From positions 8,494,001 to 8,558,000 of the forward strand of contig NC_043015.1 in NCBI RefSeq assembly GCF_006345805.1: 64,000 nucleotides of DNA, read 5' to 3'. Below the pieces are notes generated by a model. That model was not told where the DNA came from. It ran no database searches and saw nothing but the letters and a program-made list of their open reading frames with translations. Shown piece by piece: positions 53,400-64,000 of the stretch; position 1 is the first letter of the stretch; the number at the start of each line of letters is the position of its first letter. This stretch comes from Octopus sinensis. Lineage: Eukaryota. The position numbers were made by a program, and so were the translations under genes.

Positions 53400-54800
53400 A
53401 ACAAATATAACATCACAAAATGCAACAAAATTGATAAGGCCAGAAATACCGGCCAATCCGACATGTGGCCTTAAGCAAGTCTATCGGAATTTAGAGGGTA
53501 TGTTTGGAGCTGTGACTAGTGGCTCATCTCCCATACTATCAATTCAGGATAATCGTTTCACACGCGTAAAGGAGATCACGAAAGTTGTTTGTTTCAAACT
53601 TTTTGCATATCGACTGAATTTTTGATGAAGAACGGATCAACAATCTACCACAGATATCTCAACTTGAAGAACTGTGTATCATATGTTGAGAAAAAGGTCA
53701 TAAAACAGCTCACGAATAGAGAGCGGTCCGAGAACGATGGCATACAAGCTAAGATATATAAATGTGGTAACAATCACCTGCTGAACATATTAAGTGATAA
53801 AGCTTTCATCTTGGAATCAGAACCATTCCCTCAAAGGTTACAAGACTCTTGTAATGTCCATGTTTATAAACACAAACGAAACAGATGTGAATGGGATGAA
53901 TATAATTATCTCCCATTTGTGTGTTGCCGGGAAGATCCTTGGAAGAGTTATGTTAAGCAGACTAAATGATATCTTGCGAGATTTGTGTTGTTTGAATCTC
54001 ATTGTGGCGTTTGGGCTGGTAGTGGCACAGTGGATTTGATTTGAAGCCTAGGGTAACTGTAGGAAAAAGCTTGTGAGTACAATCGAGACATTCGTATATC
54101 TAATAAAAGCGTTCGACACAACATCTAGGGGTTGTCCCTAGAAAGCTAAGTGTACACGTAAACATGCTAATGTTATCATAACTTAATTATGTTTTCTGTT
54201 AGATCTAGCGGAGAAGTTTCAGATTCACTCACATTCACAAATGCTCTTAGTTGCTTTTATTTCTCCGCCAGGCTCAAATCAGTATTCAAGAGTGTTAAAG
54301 AAGTAGTAAAGTTGGAGTACAGAACCAGTGGTGGCCTGTTGTACCAACCGCGCTTCAAAGCAAAAACTAAAACTTCGGTGCAAACACTTCTCGATTTGTT
54401 CTTTGCAGACGATTGTGCAGTTGTAGCACACACTCATGAAGACCTGCAATTAATTCAAAATAATTTCTTGCGTGAATCAAATGTTTTTGGTCTGGCCATC
54501 TGCATTAAGAAAACTGAGCTTGTCCATCAGCCTGATCGTGACCATCTTCCCGCTGTTTCTGCTTCCCCTATTCTATATGTTGATGAAAAAGCATGAAAAA
54601 CCGTTTCATCTTTCCATTATCTTCGGTCCATTATGTCCAGTGATGTTAAGATGGATAAAACAATTGAGTCCAGCATCGAGAGTGCTAGTTCCACTCTTGG
54701 TAAGCTCTATCACAAGCTTTGAAACAGTTATGTTGTATCATTGAAAGTGAAAATCGATGTATATAAGTACTATGTTTTTTGTGACGAATACTCTCAATTT
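53400..54800 (+). mobile_element. Decayed RTE-clade LINE (RT region) with an inverted APE fragment at its 5' side
   Basis: DGIQAKIYKCG, AGKILGRV, KAFDT, LEYRTSGGL..RFKAKTK..DLFFADDCA, FGLAICIKKTE. 53510-53635 duplicates 51540-51660. Confidence 0.85.
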
Positions 54801-55352
54801 CTCGAAATTTTGCCAGAGGATAATTGGAATTACCTACTATGCATTAGGATTTACGTGGGAGCTCCTTTCTATTTACATTTTAACTATAGATATATATTTC
54901 AACTTTACAGAAAACAAAAGCAGAAGATAGCGGAGGGAAAAAAAACCTGGTGTATTTGTTTGACGCTCGGGAATAATGGAAAATTCTTTGAGGTTTCATA
55001 CCTACGTTCTTCCACATAAGCGACTGAATGGAAAAGTGATGAGGGAACAAAAGAGAAAGAAAAACGAGGGAGAATATAATATGTAGAGATTAAGTTTTCA
55101 ACACTAAGTAGACATGTTATTTGGATATCGTGTGTTAAAACGATTTTGCTGTATTTAGGGAAATATGCCAATATTATTAACTCATGCACTGGAGTGGCTG
55201 TGTCATTAACATTGGCATAGTGATGTACCCTAGACATAAGAAAATGTTTACACACGCACAAACACACATATACGCATATCTATAGATGCAAAGGTAGATA
55301 GATTTAGATACAGATATAGACATATATAGACATATATAGACATATATATGTA

Positions 55353-55400
<48 letters not shown>

Positions 55401-56604
55401 TACATATGCACAAAGATGCACACACATAAATACACACACAAACACCCCACACACCCACAAATATTCATCTGAACAAAATCTCATCATCTCAATTTTTGAA
55501 AGATATATCAGTTAAATTTGTAATTCATTTATACATATCGGTACGGTTAGAAAGTTACTCCTCTCCTGGCTCAGTCCATCTGCATGATACCTTGGCTAAG
55601 TGTTTTCTAAAATACGCACGAGACGAACAAACATGTGTGCCAGAATTTGGTACACATAAACTGAAAGAAGCTCTTCGTGATATACACGAACACACGCACA
55701 CACACAGACGCATACATACATATAAATAGTTAGATAGATAGATGGAGAGATAAAAAAACTGAAGTGCTTCGTTGTATTCACCTGTTTCCTTGTACAGCGG
55801 TATGTTCTTTGAAGCTTAAATGAATCAAAGAGAATTGTAACCACCAATGTGTAACAACATCCATAGTATGGTCGGTAACGTGTTCACGTAATGTATAGGC
55901 ATGTGTATATATGTGTGTGTGTGTGTGCCTGTGTGTGTCTTTGTGTCTGTATTTATGCCCAACTATTCCTTCACAACCGATATTTTGTTTGTGTTCCAGT
56001 ATCTTACCGGTTTATTGACTAGTGACCGAGATAATTACCAGGCTAAAACCTATTCGATTAAAACATTAAAAATTGGTGTCCCAACTTGACCAAAGTCTAA
56101 AGATTTTGTATATATTCGTAAAAATCTATTTTAACAGATTTTTATCCACTAATTACTATAATGACTAACGGCTCATTTTACTAGTCACACCCAGTTTAAC
56201 ATTTCCTTTTGTTTGACAAATCTTTATTCTAGTTCCCATAATTTCCTGATATGTAAGCAACTAGTGTGAAATCATTGCAATTCACAATTCTTTTACTCAA
56301 AATGTAGACAATATATATCATCGTATAAGCATGTCATATTTTTCATGAAGTTATTCAGTAAATTTCAACATTCTATAAAACTTCCGTTTGTTATTCCATT
56401 TTATTTAGTTTTGATTTCATTGCTACATCATCCACTTATTTCACACTGCTTTTACATTCCTTATTTGTTTTCACCAGCAATTATTAGAACTCAATTACGA
56501 TTTAAACGATATTTTACATTGTAGTTATCCAAAATGTGTCTTCGTTTTTCTTTATTTAATTTAAGTTATGCTATTTTGTTATGATACCATACTTACTAAT
56601 ATTA

Positions 56605-57500
56605 TTATTTTTCCTTGTCTAATTCTCCTATTACATACGTTTTTCTTTTATAAGAGTTAGGCAAGTCACGTGTCTTCGTCACTTGCAATGTTTCTTTTCT
56701 TATGCATGCCTCAATGTTTGCTACTTTACAAGATATAGCCGTCAATACATTTGGATCATTTGTGTTGGAAAAATAAAAGTGAGAAGAAACGAGATCAGAA
56801 CTACGAATAAATAGCATTCGTAAATCGCATAAGGAATTAACTGAAGTTTAGTACATTTCTTTGTGTTTCTTCTTTACTATTGTGATTTTCGATTAAATAT
56901 TTATTTTCTTCGTCATATGCTTTATCCGAATGTTTTTCTCATTTATGACAATTCATAGTTATGTCATTCTTCTCTCCTGAAACAGTAACATTTTTCGTAA
57001 GAATTGTCTAAAGAACATTTTGCAATATATATGCAGTATTTTTCAAAATTCTTCCGCATCAGATTTGTGCTGAGACATAGGATCGCTCGCTATCATATTA
57101 CAGTATCAAAACTTCTAACATTATTTTAAAGATTTATTACAGGTTTGAACAAAAATGTGTTTTATATTAGTTGTCCTAACACTGTATAGTTGCAAATATA
57201 AATATCGGCATGTTAATATTTGCTGGTCACTCACCAAATTACGATAAATAAGAAGTATAATATTCAAATACCGACGTAAATATATTAGTAACATACCCTA
57301 CTGGAGACACTTAAACCTGTTGCTATAATCGAAACGAGTTTTTTTTAGCGCTTTTGTCTGTTTATGCAAGTTTGTGCTTCATAAAGAAACGCAGTTCTAT
57401 TTCTCTTTATGCGCAACTTCGATTCCATTTTAATAAGACGGTATAAAACGAAAATTTGCTCTTCTTCCTGTATGCTTTTTTTTCATTTGGTGCTATTAAT
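56605..57500 (-). pseudogene. Decayed coding tract of unknown family (tract B), homologous to tract A; may extend to ~58400
   Basis: LYRLIKMESKLRIKRNR; YLIENHN...VLNFS*FLM; FIRSSDLVSSHFYF; NIEACIRKETL...DLP...YVI. Confidence 0.5.
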
Positions 57501-58786
57501 CATTTGCACTATTTTATATAGTTTTCACAATGACTCTTAGAATTTTTGTCCGATATTATCTACCTGAGAGAGTTTGTGAGACGGTTTTAAGCAAAGTCAA
57601 GAGAAATATATCGTTGAGTGTTTTATATTATTATCGTTCAGATATCGCTGGGGCAAAAGTATTCATGCATTCATTCCAAATCGGTAAAATAAAGTAGCAC
57701 TGAAGTACTGTGTTATATGACATTAAACAACGCATTATTTAATCCATAGAGTTTTCTGAAGACCAGTAGTTAAGGGAGCGGAGTTTTTCTGCAATTCACT
57801 CATTTGTAATCAATACGACCTATATACATAAGTTTCGTAGACTGGTTATAAATGCTGAAGCGTCGTTCCCAATGCCCCAGACATGAGTAGCGAATCACAC
57901 AAGCGGTACTCGATGCTTGCAGTTGATTACAACAAAGGAGATTTCAATTTGCAAGCATTGATGAAAATGGTGTCGATAGAGTTTACCAAAGAGGAGACAT
58001 GATAGAAAATAGGACGAGTGAAAGTCAAGTTAGATTCTAAGAACTGTCATTTAGGAAAGGCATCGTAATCCAAGTGTCTGCAAAGCTATGCGCACTAAAA
58101 AAATTCCTCAAAACCAGATTGCTTTGTGAAATCTAAGGTACTTATTCCAGGACACTAAGGAACGATAGCGATGCAATGTAGAAAAGAGTAGCATGCCGAA
58201 CATTTCGCAATTCGCTCTTCAATGGGCAATAATTATGATGTCTATAAGCGAAACCGACATAATTTGCCTCGCCATATGTTATTAAATCAGAGGAAAACTT
58301 GTATGAAACGAGTATGATTTCATTATCTTGATCAAAGCATATTTGGTCTCGATTAAAGATAACCTTACAGCTGTGAAAATTAGGTTTTGGTATTCCTGGA
58401 AACGTTAATCCTTATTTGTAGTAATTTTTTCCGCTTATTTGATAACATTGAAGACCAGATGTAAACTATTAGGTACATTTTCTTTACAGAAAATATTTCC
58501 TTGTTCGATTCTTTCAGTTCATATTTAGTATATTACATTTTAGTTCATATGCGGAATTTCGAGCTCGAACTTACTTTCTCCTGTGATAAATGTGCTTCTA
58601 GTCCGTATAAAGGTGAGTATGCATATAGAAATATACTCTTACAGACATACGCAAACAGATTTTCTTTTGCACAAGTTGTCATTCGCACACACACACACAC
58701 ACCGACAAACACACAGAAACACTCGCACATGCATATTCATACATGGATATACATATTTGAATATAAAACAAATATATATGTATATA

Positions 58787-58832
<46 letters not shown>

Positions 58833-58841
58833 CACACAGAA

Positions 58842-58910
<69 letters not shown>

Positions 58911-59472
58911 CATACGCATACACATATGTATATTGAAATTGATATTTACGTTTCTGGTATTTATAGGTAATCCTAGTATGCGTTCGTAGTAATTTTCTTA
59001 TTTTAATTTTTCTTCGATGAGGGTCAGGCGTTCGTCTTCAGGAAGATGTTTTCTATAGATTTGTATTCTCAATCTACTTAACTTACGAAGATATATTCAT
59101 AATTTCCGATATAAGATATTTCATTCCATATTCAATTCTTTCCATATCTACTTCGGTACTGTTTGTTTCCGACTATGTTTGATCGATATTTGTAGGTATG
59201 CTCCGGATTGTTGTGTTTATGATATAAATTTGCTGTTTTCTGCTTCCAGTAAGTCTATTTTTTAAAAGATATATGTTCCCAATATTTATACTTTTAAAGT
59301 TTTATGTCCGTCGTTTCACATTATTTGCATCATATATATATATTCATATTGTATATTTTCATCTTAGATTTTCTCCGTCACTCTAGTTTCTTTATATCCT
59401 TTCATTTTCATGTCTATATGTTTTATTATTGGTGGCGGCGGCCAACATCATTTGTTGAGTAACAACAGATAT

Positions 59473-59539
<67 letters not shown>

Positions 59540-59749
59540 GTAAAGGCAATCATTACACCAATACGGCTGTTCAATGTTATTACTTTTTTAACCCCAGATA
59601 CATCTTCAGCCAGCTGCTTATAGATGCAGCTAACCTGTGTATATAATACAAGCAGTGGAGCAAGCCCTGCCACCCTTCAGCAGATAACAGGATCGCGAGA
59701 CAGAATCTGTTTCGAGTTAGTATGCTTATCACTGACATGTTATAACTTG

Positions 59750-59795
<46 letters not shown>

Positions 59796-61487
59796 TATAT
59801 ATATATAATATATATACGACGTACTATAAAGATTCTTGTAACATATAATATTGTAGTTCGCGTATCTCAAGATTATTCTTTTCTGCAGATGAGTCAGTGT
59901 TTCACATTATATATTTGTCTATTTTTTCTTTGGTAGTATTTTAGGTTCTTTGTCGTGGTAACGCCGTTCACTAGGTAGATTATTATAAACTATTGTTCAA
60001 TCTCGTTTGTGGCAAATAGCAATTCAGCATTTTATACTTTCCAGAATTTGTAGTAAATCGCCATTGTGCACATTTAAATATTGACGTCTAAATATTGACG
60101 TCACCTGGCGTGGATTAGTTTTCGCATTCATTATTCCATGTGTTCGTATCGCGCAAATAGTTACTAATGTGTTAAAATCCATATATTAGAAAATTTGAAA
60201 GTTCACATGAAGCAACCTGGAAAACAAAATTGTCACCGTTTTGGTTATATTTATTTTCTTTCCTCTATTTCTGTTATCAGAATATAATTTCAGTTTTAAA
60301 ACATATTTGTTGTATTCAACGTAGTACGTCTCTACATTTTTATATTATATATTTTATTATTAATATTTGTATATTTTTCGTTTTAAATTACTACCGTATT
60401 TATTATTTCATTATGATTAACACTGCTTTCAGGTGTTGATAGTTAATTTACTTATTTGGTTTTCTCTGAAAGAAAAAAATTCAGTGCTGTGCTATATGTT
60501 AAATTTAGAAATATGTCGGGGAAATTTCTTATTATATTAGACTAGGAGTATGTCCAATGGATGGTCATTGTGAAAATTGAAGAAATTGCTTATCTCTTAT
60601 CGCGAAGGGGAACGGTGTCTTTATTTTAAAGAGTACATGTAAGTACTCTATCAGTCCAGTAAATTTAGGCATCTATGACTCCTATGAAGGATCAACGTTG
60701 GTCTTTCACGTATTTCGAAAATTGTAACGTAAGACGAAAATAGGAGCGATCTAATCAATTTAAATATAATTATACCTGGATGTAAGGAAGAATGTTTTTT
60801 CATATGAGTAGACCGAATCTTAGATTTTAAGTGTGCGTTGATGTGTGGAATAAATGCAGCAGTTTGAATGGTGGATGGAATTCCTCAATATTCCCTATGT
60901 TATGTTTACATCAATATCCTTTTTATATTGTTTTGGCAATTATGTCCAACGTATATTTTAGATATAAAACCAACATATAAGTCCTATTTAAAATTAGTAT
61001 GGGCTCTCATATAACTATCAATTAAGCATACATTCTATTATTAATATATATTTCAGATTAAGACACGCGGCAAGTAAGGACTTGGAAAAATATCAGCCGA
61101 TTGCTGTGAACATATTGCTCCAATGTTACGTATTTAATTGACACCGAAGGTATGAAAGAAAGACCTGCCTCGGTGGAATTGTACCTCTGAACGTAAAAAC
61201 GAACGAAATGTCGCTCATACATTTTGCCTATCATGAAAACAGTTCCGGCAGCTCGACGCCTTAATACTATTATAAATATTGGTATTGTTGTTGGGTTGAT
61301 AAAATAAGTACTATTTGAATAAGGGGGTAATGTAATTGTGTTACCCCTCAACTGCATTCGCTGACCCAGTGCCAAGATTTGAAACTATATTTTCTGTGTT
61401 CAAATTCCGCAGAAAGATAGTACATATTTCTCTATATATCAAAGTATTTACCAATCTACGTATTTACCCTTCAGCCTATCCTAGCAA

Positions 61488-61614
<127 letters not shown>

Positions 61615-63234
61615 GACTGGCTTCTACCAAGACTACCACGCAGTGGAGCTAAACCCGGAACCATTTGTTTCGGACGCGAATGCCTTACCACACAGCAATG
61701 CCTGTGCCTAAATACAGATGTGTATATATGTATTAACACCAAATGGTAATAATTGCTTCCGAAAATAGAGTTATTATTGTTATTATTATTATTTTCAATT
61801 TTAATATCCACTCAACTAATTCCAGCTTTTATAAGCGGTTAATATCAGTGCAAAAATTCCGAAAGAAATAATGAACACTTTGTGCGGTATAAAACGTAAA
61901 ATAAAGGAATAATGTCTCCTATTTTTATTCTAATTTTGTTTTTCTTTCTCAAATTTAACAGAAACTGACTATTTGTAAATTAATGAATCACTGACAGCCG
62001 TCTTTCCTTCTGGCAGATAATTTCGTTTGACACACGCTCGTACATGGCAGCCGCAACGAAAGTAACTCTGGACTTTTTCCAAGAAATTACACTACGGAGC
62101 GATCAAGACAATTAATGGTTTCTATACAACGCTCCCATATTAATTTTTGTTTTTTAATTATTTAAACTGTTAGGAAGTAAAAAAACAACATTTGTTTCCA
62201 AATTTACCATTTACTGTAGTAATTCTAACAGACTTTCATTTTCACCTCTTGTTTCTATTTTTGTTCTTCATACATGATATCTTGTTTTGCAAATATGAAA
62301 TGTCACGCTTCATCTTAGTTACGTTGTTGTCTGCATACATGCCAGATCCTGACACAAATTAATTCCGATAGTGTTCATCTATGATATAAATGTATTACGC
62401 GTGAAATCTTTAAAACATTCATTTAATCATATCAGTGTTACCGTTGAGAAAGTAGCGAAAAATTAAACGTTGGCAAAATTACTTTGAATAGACAGTTATT
62501 TAGAAATTACAAAAAAAAAGTGTATATGCCCCTTTTTGTAAACTTGTGGTATTTATTATAAAATATTTTATAAAATTCTGTGGATTAGATCTTCACACAG
62601 AGCTCATCGTGTTACTCGCAGTCCTTTTTTACTCGGGTTCAATATTATAAAGTTAAAGGGCAATATAATCGATTATTCTACTTTACCAATTTCTGGCCTG
62701 ATGCCTATGGTATTAAGTATTCGTAAATATTTCATACTTAACATTAATTTATATTTCCCCTTCCTTCAGTTAAGGAAAACTTATGCAATTTCAAGTAGGC
62801 CTCTTTTTAGGCTATAAAGTAGGACTACGAACATCATTTAAACAGGCAATGGATAATTTTATCAAATGATTACCGGCCAAAATTTGTCTATCTTTATAGT
62901 ATATCACATACGTGAAATTGTTATCACGGAACAGCACACGTAGACCGAAGTAAGGCGTTGTTAGTATCAATAAAACCAGATAAAAAAACACTTAAAGTTT
63001 ACTGGGAAAGTTTAGAAACATTTACCCATATAATTGCAAGCATAGACATATGTGTTGAGGTATACACAATGTTATATACTTGACTATATATAAAGCCCGC
63101 TTATTTATGTGCAATGCTACATGCAGAATACTCTTCTTTTAAGATGCAGTAAATATGGGATTGACAAGCTGGGCGCTAGATCTCTTAATAATGCAATTTT
63201 AATTCATGACATATATTGACTACTCAGATGGATG

Positions 63235-63622
63235 TGGAGGCGCAATGGCCCAGTGGTTAGGGCAGCGGACTCGCGGTCATAGGATCGCGGTGTCGATTCC
63301 CAGACCGGGCGTTGTGAGTGTTTATTGAGCGAAAACACCTAAAAGCTCCACGAGGCTCCGGCAGGGAATGGTGGTGATCCCTGCTGTACTCTTTCACCAC
63401 AACTTTCTCTCACTCTTACTTCCTGTTTCTGTTGTACCTGTATTTCAAGGGGCCGGCCTTGTCACTCTCTGTGTCACGCTGAATATCCCCGAGAACTACG
63501 TTAAGTGTGCACGTGTCTGTGGAGTGCTCAGTCACTTACACTTTAATTTCACGAGCAGGCTGTTCCGTTGATTCGGATCAACCGGAACCCTCATCGTCGT
63601 AACCGACGGAGTGCTTCCACAC
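63235..63622 (+). mobile_element. Full-length tRNA-derived SINE with a 13-bp target-site duplication
   Basis: A box TGGCCCAGTGG and B-box-like gtgtcgattcc. TSD actcagatggatg at 63222-63234 and 63623-63635. Confidence 0.92.
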
Positions 63623-64000
63623 ACTCAGATGGATGCTTGTATTTGTTAATATAGTAAACAAAAAGACAAATAATGAAGAATTCCCTCTCATAAATTCCAT
63701 TCAATGTAATTGCAAATCACTTTGAACATTTTCACGAGCATGACGAATTTATTTTCACTTATGTCACTATTTCATAGTGTTATGCAGAATGTGTATATTG
63801 AATACGTTTTATCTTTTACTGTTTACTTGTTTCTGTCATTAGGTTATGGCCATGCTTTGGCAATACAATGAAGAATTTTAGTTGAAAAAATCGATCCCAT
63901 ACTTTTAAGCCTGCTACTTATTCTATCGGCCGTATTTGCCGCACCGCTATGTTCGGGGGACATAAACACTGCCACACTGTTTATTGAGCGCTAGGGAAAC

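Noticed and set aside
57040-57070. Minus-strand CUGAUGCG...GAAA
   Set aside because: Only a weak AU/GU stem II, with no stem III or UH site.
58960-59420. Possible decayed PLE ORF N-terminus (ERIEYGMKYL) on the minus strand
   Set aside because: One short motif amid many stops; insufficient support.
60076-60103. 14-bp tandem duplication aaatattgacgtc; also 10-bp tandem units at ~22165-22200
   Set aside because: Ordinary slippage-type micro-duplications.

Overview
AT-rich, microsatellite-dense metazoan DNA with no intact host gene that I can support. The tRNA-derived SINE families and repeat mix resemble an octopus/cephalopod genome (inference from recalled repeat families, not a search). Most of the window is TE debris: CR1/L2, RTE and R4/Dong-type LINEs, Penelope-like (PLE) fragments, Tc1/mariner elements, a non-autonomous Helitron, MITEs and many SINEs. 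Main result: two unrelated ORF-less fold-back elements (20.7-21.7 kb and 27.5-28.7 kb) share one architecture. Each has long near-perfect inverted arms, an outward-facing minimal type-I hammerhead-ribozyme (HHR) motif in each arm, a 55-70 bp extension on one arm only, and (TA)n at the ends. A third HHR with a fully canonical core lies at 6.2 kb. Other findings: a stack of Dong-like LINEs in an expanded (TAA)n array with a covarying 3'-UTR hairpin and a 5'-end stutter, and at least two homologous decayed minus-strand coding tracts of an unidentified family about 51 kb apart. All alignments and folds were done by eye. Element boundaries are approximate unless termini are quoted.
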